Shown in pieces: positions 1 through 8,074 of a stretch of DNA of 64,000 bases. The notes beneath the pieces were generated by a model that saw only the letters and a list, made by a program, of their open reading frames with translations, did not search any database and was not told the origin of the DNA. The translations under genes were made by a program, and so were the position numbers. Positions within the stretch are counted from its first letter, which is position 1, and each line of letters begins with the position of its first letter. The stretch is from Candidatus Celaenobacter antarcticus (GTDB lineage Bacteria > Cloacimonadota > Cloacimonadia > JGIOTU-2): contig JAVCDK010000035.1 in assembly GCA_030765865.1 (NCBI GenBank), positions 291 to 64,290 on the forward strand. Reading direction: 5' to 3'.

Positions 1-284
1 ACATTTCGTACATTTCCGATTCTGATAAGCCCGAAGAATTCATTATTTTTTATTTGCGCAGTATCAAATTGATCGGTGACGAATATTTCGTCCCAGTTAT
101 CAGAAGTGTTGTTGTTTTCTACAAGTTGCTCAACTTCTATTGAGCTCAAATGACGCCAGCGGTCTTTGGGCTGAGAAGCTTGTATGTTACGAAGATAATA
201 TTCATCTTTTCCATCGGGTAGGTATTTTTTAGGTATGAAATTTTTTCCAATACCGTTTGTTGATAGAATTGAGACAGTACTCAT
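1..284 (-). CDS. 5' part of a CDS running off the left edge; the N-terminus resembles DUF4954-type (hexapeptide / beta-helix) proteins
   Basis: Not in the ORF track because there is no stop in the window. The reverse-strand ATG at 284..282 opens a stop-free frame to nt 1: MSTVSILSTNGIGKNFIPKKYLPDGKDEYYLRNIQASQPKDRWRHLSSIEVEQLVENNNTSDNWDEIFVTDQFDTAQIKNNEFFGLIRIGNVRN. The family assignment is from memory and weak. Confidence 0.45.
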   Translation of the reverse strand, partial: MSTVSILSTNGIGKNFIPKKYLPDGKDEYYLRNIQASQPKDRWRHLSSIEVEQLVENNNTSDNWDEIFVTDQFDTAQIKNNEFFGLIRIGNVRN

Positions 285-465
285 ATTATGTACTCCTTGA
301 ATTTTAAAATATGATATTGATTCCGTTTTTCTAGAATTTTAAAGTCAATAAAAAAATATCCGATGAACTAATTTTTGATTTAATTAATTTGCTGGCAATG
401 TATTGAAAGGGAAATTTAAAATTGATTAAATGTAAGCAGTTCAACACAGAATGCATTATTGCTGG

Positions 466-1809
466 TTATTTTTTCGATCTACTGAACACTTTATCAAGAT
501 TAAATATCTGATGCAGCAGTACTGCGAGGATCGTAGTTGTTGGCAATGGGTCGGTGAAAAATGTTTTAATGAATTCCGGTGCGCGTGCATACAGCTCGGG
601 TAACATAGCAGTACTCAACCCGAAAATGAGTGAAATGCCCACTACAAATGTTTTTCTGGAATCCCAACTATGACTGAACATCTCTTTCAATCCGACACAG
701 ATCATAAAGCATCCGGAGAACAAAATTGAAGCTCCTAAAACCGGTTTGGGGATCAGTGATAAAGCAGTAATTAATTTTGGGAAAAATGCTAATATTATGA
801 AGATTATTCCTGCAACCACGCTGATCCAACGGCTCACAACTTTTGTGGCTCCTGCTAATCCAATATTGCTTGAAGATGTGTCGACTGCCATACCTCCGAT
901 CAACCCTGCTACTGAAGTGGAAAGACCATCAGCGAGAAGACCTTTTCTGATTGGGGCAAAATTTACTTCTTTGAGATCAGGTTCGGATATTTTCTGAGCT
1001 GCCAAAAGATTTCCAAAAGATTTTAACGAACCACTGATAGCTATCACAATAAAGGGAATCATCATCTTAAGGTCGAATGTGATCCGTTTAAACTCCGGAC
1101 CAAATGAGGGGAGTGCAAAAGTGGGACTGCTCTTTACTGCAAAAAGACTATACCAGTATTCAGGAACAAGAATGAGGGCTAATAACCATCCTAAAACCAT
1201 GCCGATGAGCAGGCAATACATTTTGATAAAACCTTTACCCCATATATTACTCAGTACCATGATCATCAAAGAAATCGCACCGATAAAAATATCAACACTA
1301 CGAATTGCATCTCCATAAAAAGCCAATCCGAAAACAGATGTTACAGATAATTTGATAATACTGACACCAACCATAGCAACTACGAGTCCTACAACGTAGG
1401 TTGGGAAGATCCTTTTAAGTTTTTGTACTATCGGTGCAAGTGCCATCTCAACTATGCCTGCAATGATGATCATGCCACGCATCAAGGGAAGCCCACCGAG
1501 CCAAGCAGCAGAAAGGGAAAGACTGAAATAGGAGGGTCCGCAGAGATTTGGACATAAATATCCTGAACCGATAAAGGGCAGCCCGACCGACTGGATAATT
1601 GAGCCGAATCCCACTGCAAGCATGGACAGGGATAAAAGGGACGCAGTGAATTCCATTGAAGCATTTAGCTGACTTGCAAAAAGGATCGGGAGGCAAAGAG
1701 ACATCACCATCAACATCACATGCTGTACGGAAAGCACGAAAAGCTGTCCCGTGGGTGGAACTTCGTTTACTGAATATTCATATTTCCTATTTTTTTGAGT
1801 CATTGGCAC
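466..1809 (-). CDS. NCS2-family nucleobase (xanthine/uracil-type) permease
   Basis: 447-aa polytopic membrane ORF with the layout and N-terminal region (VPPTGQLFVLSVQHVMLMV) typical of NCS2 purine/uracil permeases. A gap of only 9 nt to the upstream cache gene suggests an operon. Confidence 0.7.
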   Translation of the reverse strand: MPMTQKNRKYEYSVNEVPPTGQLFVLSVQHVMLMVMSLCLPILFASQLNASMEFTASLLSLSMLAVGFGSIIQSVGLPFIGSGYLCPNLCGPSYFSLSLSAAWLGGLPLMRGMIIIAGIVEMALAPIVQKLKRIFPTYVVGLVVAMVGVSIIKLSVTSVFGLAFYGDAIRSVDIFIGAISLMIMVLSNIWGKGFIKMYCLLIGMVLGWLLALILVPEYWYSLFAVKSSPTFALPSFGPEFKRITFDLKMMIPFIVIAISGSLKSFGNLLAAQKISEPDLKEVNFAPIRKGLLADGLSTSVAGLIGGMAVDTSSSNIGLAGATKVVSRWISVVAGIIFIILAFFPKLITALSLIPKPVLGASILFSGCFMICVGLKEMFSHSWDSRKTFVVGISLIFGLSTAMLPELYARAPEFIKTFFTDPLPTTTILAVLLHQIFNLDKVFSRSKK

Positions 1810-1818
1810 TCCGTTGTT

Positions 1819-2808
1819 CTATGGGGGATTGGGCAGATCGGTGATCGCTCCCACATAAATCTTATCACCAGATAAATCGGTTTTACGAATGTACATGCAT
1901 TTTTTGATGAGCTCACGACGGAATCGATTCTTTACAAGGAACACTTCCCACACACTATCATTAGTTTTTAAACCATTCAACGCTTTCAAAAAGGGTTTAT
2001 GCCCGACTTCGTCAGCACATTCCAGGAGCTGTATCTGCGAGAGACTGTCTTCAAGAACGGGTGAAATCACTATATCTCCATTCGGACAAAATGCAAAAAC
2101 CGCCACATCTCTGTAGTTATATTGCGATGTAGGGTCAGCTATCTCCGCGAGTGCAGAATGCCCTTTTTTTTTGATGAGCTCTGCCGCGCCATCCACAATG
2201 ATCCTGATGAATTCCTGCTCTTCCTGCGGATAATTTATTCCACCGCCCACAAAGAATTCTTTGCCTTCAGGGGTAGTAACTTTAAAATGACATGAAGATT
2301 TCGGTACAGGATAGAATTTTCCTGGTTCCCACCATGAATAATGAACCCATGCGTGGGGATTGTTAGGGTCATCTAAAGCCTTCAATGTTAGTGCTGCGAT
2401 CTCTTTACCATTTTTATCCGTTACACTTATTAGGTTGGTGTTTTCAAGATTTTCCATGCCGCTATGAAAAATATTATTGCAATCCATATCGTAGATATAG
2501 AGGTAGTGATCCTTCGTAGTAAAAAGCTCACGATTGTTATGGAAGTAATCCAGACTCGCAATGCCGTCTCTTTCGAGAATTTGTGCTGCATCGTACACGA
2601 ATTTCACCAGTTTTTTTGTATCACGATATTTGTACATGTTCAGGTCGAGGTCTTCATATTTTTTGGAACAGCCGGTTGAGAAGAGTATGAGGAAAACAAG
2701 AATAATAATTGGTGACAGTTTCCGCGTATTCAGAAAAATCCTTCTCGGATTGTAATACAGGTTAAATCTATCGGACGATTTCATAGTTTGATTTGAAATA
2801 TAAAACAT
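1819..2808 (-). CDS. Cache-domain lipoprotein (two sCache-like modules)
   Basis: 329-aa ORF with a lipobox (LILFSTGC) and two repeated modules resembling extracellular cache sensor domains (HYLYIYDMDCNNIFH; VAVFAFCPNGDIVISP). The start may instead be Met9 at 2784. Confidence 0.55.
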   Translation of the reverse strand: MFYISNQTMKSSDRFNLYYNPRRIFLNTRKLSPIIILVFLILFSTGCSKKYEDLDLNMYKYRDTKKLVKFVYDAAQILERDGIASLDYFHNNRELFTTKDHYLYIYDMDCNNIFHSGMENLENTNLISVTDKNGKEIAALTLKALDDPNNPHAWVHYSWWEPGKFYPVPKSSCHFKVTTPEGKEFFVGGGINYPQEEQEFIRIIVDGAAELIKKKGHSALAEIADPTSQYNYRDVAVFAFCPNGDIVISPVLEDSLSQIQLLECADEVGHKPFLKALNGLKTNDSVWEVFLVKNRFRRELIKKCMYIRKTDLSGDKIYVGAITDLPNPP

Positions 2809-2815
2809 AAAATAG

Positions 2816-2848
2816 TGTCAAACTATTTATGATTATCTGTCTTTGAAT
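2816..2848. repeat. Degenerate remnant (copy E) of the nifS-selD upstream region
   Basis: tgtcaaactatttatga resembles tgtcaaattattatgaa of copy C. ctgtctttgaa is an 11-nt exact match to 7318-7328, and 10 of those nt (ctgtctttga) recur at 8175-8184. Confidence 0.3.
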
Positions 2849-2953
2849 TCAATTGGAGGATTTTTCTCATCGTTAACACCTGAGCTCAGCGACCCTAAGC
2901 AAGCCTTGAGTTTGTCAAAAAGCGAGTCGAGCGGGTCCGACTGCAGCGATAGG

Positions 2954-3436
2954 TTAGGTTGGTGTCCCCTTTGTCATCATATGCGCCGGCATCTGCACCG
3001 CAACTACCTGACCTCGTGCGCACACTTCCCCCTCAGCCGAGACCGTAGCACTCACCACCACCTTCCGACCCTTAACCTCCTTAACCCTCCCGCGGATCTC
3101 AAGAGGCACTCCAAGTGGCGTCGGACGCAAATACTCCACCTGCAATGACGCCGTGACGAAACGCAATGGTGGGTCAGTACCCATCTCACGTCCTTCTTTC
3201 CGGTATGACGCTGCCGAAGCCGTACCTGTGCAGTGGCAGTCGATTAACGAAGCAATCAAGCCGCCATAAACGTAACCGGGAATCGCAATGTGATATGGCT
3301 TAGGATGGAAGATGGCAACTGTCTCCTCCTCATCCCAATAGCTCTTGAGATGCAGACCGTGCTCATTGAGTCGACCGCAACCATAGCAATAGCTTAGTTC
3401 ATCCGGATAATAGTCCTGAAATGATTTCTTATTCAT
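2954..3436 (-). CDS. PaaI/hotdog-fold thioesterase with an N-terminal CxxC zinc-ribbon-like motif
   Basis: 160-aa ORF with CYGCGRLNEHGLHLKSY followed by a hotdog-type core (HIAIPGYVYGGLIASLIDCH). GC-rich: 37 of 60 nt in 3001-3060. Confidence 0.7.
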   Translation of the reverse strand: MNKKSFQDYYPDELSYCYGCGRLNEHGLHLKSYWDEEETVAIFHPKPYHIAIPGYVYGGLIASLIDCHCTGTASAASYRKEGREMGTDPPLRFVTASLQVEYLRPTPLGVPLEIRGRVKEVKGRKVVVSATVSAEGEVCARGQVVAVQMPAHMMTKGTPT

Positions 3437-3460
3437 ACGTCTATATTTTCAACGGACATC

Positions 3461-3526
3461 CTAACATATATTATACTGCTTAAAATATCATATACTGCGA
3501 AGTTGCACAGTATATAAGTACCTATC
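3461..3526. repeat. Copy A of the conserved 32-nt box plus imperfect palindrome
   Basis: ctaacatatattatactgcttaaaatatcata matches copy C (7219-7250) at 30 of 32 nt. It is followed by the 3' arm gcacagtatataag..cctatca. Confidence 0.6.
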
Positions 3527-3654
3527 ATAGAAGTGATCAATATAAATGTCCTTTATATATTTATATCCTGCTTCAGATAGAAGCTTTCTGTAAATACAAT
3601 GTCAAGAAATTCGAGATATTTCTTGCCTAATTAAGCAAGAAATATTATTTATAA

Positions 3655-3674
3655 TTTAAGCAGTATATGAGATT
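3655..3674. repeat. Isolated second copy (A2) of the palindrome 3' arm
   Basis: tttaagcagtatatgagatt matches the 3' arms at 5542-5560 and 7261-7279. No 5' arm lies next to it. Confidence 0.5.
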
Positions 3675-3795
3675 GTTTATGCAAGAAAAAAAATACTTGC
3701 GAAAGTGAAAGATCTTATCAGTAAGATGAATTATAGCAAGAGCACTATTAAACCGATGGCGTCTATCACGGCGTAATACAACACTTTTTATATTC

Positions 3796-4407
3796 TTACT
3801 TTACTACCCAGCAACCTTCTACTACCAATTTTCTTTTTTCAAATATCTTTCCGTTAAACTTATCACCAGATTTAATAGGACCTACGCCTTTTGGAGTTCC
3901 AGTCATTATTAAATCACCGTCCTCAAATGAAGGAAAACCGGCAACTTCATTTAATATTTCGCCTGGCTTATTCAGCATCAAATCACAGCCACCCTTTTGT
4001 ACCAAACTGCTATTAATATAAAGCTCCATATTCAAATCACTAATATTCCCTCTGAAAGTGACGAACTCACTAAATACCGCAGACTTATCAAAAGATTTTG
4101 CTCGTTCCCATGGCAGCCCCTTTGATCTCAAATTAGATTGAACTTCTCTCTTTGTAAGGTCTAACCCAAATCCCACACCTTTTAATTTATCAGAACTTAT
4201 TAGAAAGGAAATTTCACCTTCATAATGAATAACATCATTTTTATTAGAATAAATATTTTTTGATATGGATGAATTTGGCTTAATAAATATTATCGGTTGT
4301 TTTGGTACTTCATTATGAAGCTCTTCAATATGATCTACATAGTTTCTACCTATGCATACGATCTTAGATGGGTAAATATCTTTGCCGTCAAACTTAATTG
4401 AGTTCAT
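3796..4407 (-). CDS. Fumarylacetoacetate hydrolase (FAH) family protein
   Basis: Typical FAH-family sequence (KIVCIGRNYVDHIEE, IFIKPNSS, GDLIMTGTPKGVGPIKSGD). The start is taken at Met16 (MNSIKF, ATG at 4407) rather than 4452. Host-like low GC. Confidence 0.8.
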   Translation of the reverse strand: MNSIKFDGKDIYPSKIVCIGRNYVDHIEELHNEVPKQPIIFIKPNSSISKNIYSNKNDVIHYEGEISFLISSDKLKGVGFGLDLTKREVQSNLRSKGLPWERAKSFDKSAVFSEFVTFRGNISDLNMELYINSSLVQKGGCDLMLNKPGEILNEVAGFPSFEDGDLIMTGTPKGVGPIKSGDKFNGKIFEKRKLVVEGCWVVK

Positions 4408-4639
4408 TTTGTATTCCTCTTTATAGTTTCTTTTTGAAACAAAAAAACACAAAATGATGTCAAACTTTTAGTAGTTTGTAGTTTCAGCAACCAATTCTGG
4501 TATGAATTTTTTGAAAAGATAGGGTAATCTATAAAGATAATTGTAGGATTTTTTTGCTTGGGCGTACCGCTATCTTTTCTATCTTGATGGCTGGGCCCGT
4601 TTCTTGTTCTCTCCGCCGTCTATCTCTGCTGTCAACTTG

Positions 4640-5440
4640 TCACTCGGACAAGAAAGCATTGATGGTCATGAATACCGCCGCAGCCAAGGTGGTCAATGCA
4701 AAGATGGTCTTAAGTGTCTTGGGTTTGGTCTTCAGCGTCAACTTTCCGCCCAAGAAACTCCCAAGGGCTGCGACACAGGCCACAGGAATCGCCCAGCGAT
4801 AGTCAAAATGTCCGGCACTGGAATGACCAAAAAATCCCATTAATGCAGTTGCCGCCACCATCGCCGATGAAGTACCTACCGCCACGTGCATAGGGACACC
4901 GCAGAGCAGTACCATAAGGGGGACCTTGAACGATCCGCCGGAGATACCCACGGCACCGGCGGCGAGCCCCGTGACCGCCGTAATGGGAATCGCGAGCCAG
5001 AGATTGACAACATACTCCTCGTTCCCGAAGTTGCGATGCCAGAATCCGATACGGCTATGCTGTCCAATCGGTCGATTCCGCACCTTCAACAGCATGAGAA
5101 AGCCTGCCAAGGTCAGTAGTGCCGCTAAGAGGAACTTCAGAGCAACTCCGCTTGCCAGACCGGAGAAGTATCCCCCAACAAAAGCCATGATGTCGGTAGG
5201 AGGATCAATGACCAGTGCGAGCTTCCAGTCGACCATCTTTTGTTTGTGGAAAACGAACATCGCCGTCATGGCCGCGAACACCAGAATGAACTGACCGCTC
5301 GTCGCGGCTTCGTGCATTGGTTGCCCCGAAGCGACGAGCAACGGGACATAGAAATTTCCTCCGCCCCGTCCTGTCATTGCCATAATCACAGCTATTGCCA
5401 GAATGGCTATGGATGTAAGGATAATGCGTACCACATGCAA
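4640..5440 (-). CDS. TauE/SafE (DUF81) family anion-exporter-type membrane protein
   Basis: 266-aa polytopic ORF with the duplicated GGG..VP.L motif (GRGGGNFYVPLLV; GISGGSFKVPLMV). GC-rich: 35 of 60 nt in 4861-4920. The many overlapping ORFs in the track here are a GC artefact. Confidence 0.75.
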   Translation of the reverse strand: MHVVRIILTSIAILAIAVIMAMTGRGGGNFYVPLLVASGQPMHEAATSGQFILVFAAMTAMFVFHKQKMVDWKLALVIDPPTDIMAFVGGYFSGLASGVALKFLLAALLTLAGFLMLLKVRNRPIGQHSRIGFWHRNFGNEEYVVNLWLAIPITAVTGLAAGAVGISGGSFKVPLMVLLCGVPMHVAVGTSSAMVAATALMGFFGHSSAGHFDYRWAIPVACVAALGSFLGGKLTLKTKPKTLKTIFALTTLAAAVFMTINAFLSE

Positions 5441-5493
5441 TCCTTTGCGATGGACCTCGTTACTAGCTTTATGAAATCATCCCCTTCTATCGC

Positions 5494-5684
5494 CCAACAT
5501 ACATTATAATGCTTAAAATTTCATAAACTACTACATTGCATCAAGCAGTATATGAGACACCTATTACAGAAATAATTATTCATTAAAATCTTCCTCGCTT
5601 CGACATTATCATTCCTTTCAAATATTCGTTGTATAAATAGCAACTGTTGACACAAATAATACTCGCAAATTTTTGTCAAATATT
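5494..5684. repeat. Copy B of the nifS-selD upstream region (32-nt box, palindrome, TTGACA/TGTCAA inverted repeat)
   Basis: ccaacatacattataatgcttaaaatttcata matches C at 30 of 32 nt. atagcaactgttgacacaaataatactcgcaaatttttgtcaaatatt parallels 8218-8263. Confidence 0.7.
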
Positions 5685-5803
5685 ATGAAGCCAATTTATC
5701 TCGACTACCGAGTGTGCCCTTGTACGGAGTGCAGACAAAAAAAACAGTGGAAAAAGCTCGCAAGCAGTTAGCAGAACTTTTGCATGCAAATCCTGATGAG
5801 ATC
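5685..5803 (+). pseudogene. Displaced, diverged 5' fragment of a nifS-like gene
   Basis: atgaagccaatttatctcgactac (MKPIYLDY) aligns with 8264-8287. cgagtgtgcccttgtacggagtgcagacaaaaaaaacagtggaaaaagctcgcaagcagttagcagaacttttgcatgcaaatcctgatgagatc aligns with about 8362-8459. About 74 nt of the gene are missing in between. Homology stops at 5803, next to the hydrolase cassette. Confidence 0.7.
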
Positions 5804-5818
5804 AGGTGGATCGGATGG

Positions 5819-6616
5819 TTAACAATTGTTTAGAAAATTCAGGACACAATCAGTGAATGCCCTGGGATTTTCCATGTGTATCGAATGGGCTGCATTCTCA
5901 ATGAGAGAAAAACTTGCTCCCGGAATTGTTTGTAACAGCTTGGCACTTTCTTCTGGGGGAAACAGCAAGTCCTCTTTCCCGCAGATGATCATGGTCTCCG
6001 AAGTGATTGCAGGCAGCTCTTCCAGGCAGTTAAATCCTGCAATAGCCATGACTTGATTTCTAAATGCGGCTTTACTTTGCGGATAGGGATATTCGACTGC
6101 GAATTGAATGGCATCATTCACTATTTTCTCATTTTCAAAAAAACGATTGGAAAATATCCAGTAAAAAGTGTTTCTGAACCACAGTTTTAAGTCCATTTCC
6201 GATTCCAGATAAGAAACCCAATCAAGCAACAGAGCATTATTCCGTTCGGAATTGAATGCAGATGTTCCAGCGAGTATCAATTTGGAGATATTTTAAGGGT
6301 AGCGGATGGCACAATCCAGTGCCACGAATCCTCCCATTGAATGTCCAAGCATGTTGACGGATGACAATCCTAAATGCCTGACAAGCGAGATGCAATCATC
6401 TGTAATCTTCTGAATGCTTATATTAATATCCGATGGCTTCGTTCTGCCCACACCTCTGTTATCGGGAGTAATGACACGGTAATTCCGGGACAGGTCTTCC
6501 ATTATCGGCTGCCAACTCTGGGAGTCGCTGGCAAGACCGGCGATAAGCATTAGTGGCTCACCTTTCCCATGAATTTCGTAGTAGAGGTCAATGCCATTGA
6601 CTATTGTGCTCGGCAT
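5819..6616 (-). pseudogene. Alpha/beta-fold hydrolase interrupted by one in-frame TAA
   Basis: ORFs 6293..6616 (GHSMGG nucleophile elbow) and 5819..6280 (C-terminal part with the catalytic His region AAHSIHMENP) are in the same frame. They read ...DCAIRYP-TAA-NISKLILAGTS..., with the stop at 6295..6293. Confidence 0.75.
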
Positions 6617-6679
6617 ATTGCGATAATCTCCTATAATAAATTGCTAACGGTCAAGTTGATACAATTGTTAGGGCTTTTG

Positions 6680-7201
6680 TTATCTGCGGGAAAATACATC
6701 TAGCTCCCACTCTGCTATTGCTTTATTGCCAGCTAATTCTGTAGCTTTATTTACCAATATTTTATATGTGTCAACTGAATCCAGTTTAGTCCATGCAGGT
6801 GGATTGGATAATTTCATTTTTGAAATTATTATTCTGTCAAATGGGCAATGAGGTGGTGTTTTTACTAACCCTAAACACCATTGGTATTTTAAATAAAGAT
6901 TTACTATTTTTTGAACAATACCTAGCTTTATGCTGCGATTTTTTAGCACCTGCGAATGATTTGTATTTATCCAATTTTGAATTTCTATAAGATTGTTAAT
7001 ATGTTCATTAGATGTTACTGATGATTTTGTATATTTGCTTTTTACAAAAGCATTTATTTTATCTCTCACACTATTACGGAAATCAGATTTATTGGTGTCA
7101 GAGACATTGGCTGCATAAACTCCAGATCTTTGAAGACCACCACCAAACGTGAGAATCCATATTTCGTAATTTAGAAAATCAGATTTCTTTGTTCCCTTCA
7201 T
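6680..7201 (-). CDS. Hypothetical protein (173 aa), no family recognised
   Basis: Long ORF immediately downstream (on its own strand) of box copy C, with AAGGA 6 nt before the ATG. No motif I can name. Confidence 0.45.
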   Translation of the reverse strand: MKGTKKSDFLNYEIWILTFGGGLQRSGVYAANVSDTNKSDFRNSVRDKINAFVKSKYTKSSVTSNEHINNLIEIQNWINTNHSQVLKNRSIKLGIVQKIVNLYLKYQWCLGLVKTPPHCPFDRIIISKMKLSNPPAWTKLDSVDTYKILVNKATELAGNKAIAEWELDVFSRR

Positions 7202-7218
7202 TTTTATCCTTTATTGAT

Positions 7219-7425
7219 CTAACATACATTATACTGCTTAAAATTTCATATTCTGCGAGGTTAAGCAGAATATGAGATTCCTATTCAATAAGTAAAATTT
7301 ATTAAACTGTAATTTTCCTGTCTTTGAAATTAACAAATGTCATCTCCTTTGCTTAAATAGCAATTGTTGACAGAAATGTTAGCTCATATTTTTTGTCAAA
7401 TTATTATGAAACCTATCATACACAG
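7219..7425. repeat. Copy C of the nifS-selD upstream region, including the first ~11 nt of the CDS
   Basis: Contains the 32-nt box, an 8-bp hairpin ctgcttaa/ttaagcag, cctgtctttgaaat, and atagcaattgttgacagaaatgttagctcatattttttgtcaaattattatgaaacctat. It is nearly identical to 8174-8274. Confidence 0.8.
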
Positions 7426-7571
7426 TCCCAAATTTTTTTAGATTAATAGCACTTACAATTAAACTTAAAGAATATTATATATAATGGAAAAAAAATACAA
7501 TATTTTTCTTTTTAGATGTCAATTCTTAAATATGTAATATGACATTATTTATTATGTATAGTAATTTTTTC

Positions 7572-8036
7572 CTATCTATCAGATTGAATAAAAGTACCGA
7601 TTAAAGCACCAGTACTTCCAAAGATGAGTGGTCCCGCTAGAGAACCAATCAACAATTTAGTTTTAAGATCAAGGTGGAACTGGAACCCATTATCATCAGA
7701 ATCTTGAGGATCGACAAGTGCTAGTGTAACACCCAAAACTAATCCAATAACTACACCAACAAGTGCTCCTGTAAATGTGTTTCGTTTTTTGCCTTTCCAT
7801 AATTCAATTTTCTGAACATGTTGAACAGGAATAATAAATTTCTCTGAATGCATACTAATGAAGAGAGAATCAGATTGTATTTTATCAAATTTGCAATCAA
7901 TACGCTGAATGAAATATTCTGATGCGGTTAAACGAATACGATCATCCTGAGATAAACTGTCTAACTGTGCGAATAATATAGATTCTGTGAAAAGTAGAGA
8001 TACGAGAACGATGATTGTAATAGTTATTTTTTTCAT
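7572..8036 (-). CDS. Hypothetical secreted/membrane protein (154 aa) with a glycine-zipper-like segment
   Basis: N-terminal signal-like segment (ITITIIVLVSLLF) and a C-terminal Gly-rich hydrophobic stretch (GALVGVVIGLVLGVTLAL). Confidence 0.45.
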   Translation of the reverse strand: MKKITITIIVLVSLLFTESILFAQLDSLSQDDRIRLTASEYFIQRIDCKFDKIQSDSLFISMHSEKFIIPVQHVQKIELWKGKKRNTFTGALVGVVIGLVLGVTLALVDPQDSDDNGFQFHLDLKTKLLIGSLAGPLIFGSTGALIGTFIQSDR

Positions 8037-8074
8037 AGCCTTTATACCTCCTATGAATAAAGTTTCATACTAAG

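Noticed and set aside
4554-5509. Numerous overlapping 60-120-aa ORFs in the track on both strands around TauE. Similar sets occur at 746-1844, 2843-3148, 12415-12882, 13303-14202, 14364-16390 and 41840-42342.
   Set aside because: They overlap longer ORFs with clear family signatures and have low-complexity or compositionally driven translations. In GC-rich segments, long stop-free frames arise by chance.
6293-6295. In-frame stop in the alpha/beta hydrolase as a recoding (Sec/Pyl) site.
   Set aside because: The codon is TAA, not TGA or TAG. No downstream structure was noted. It was called a pseudogene or a sequencing error.
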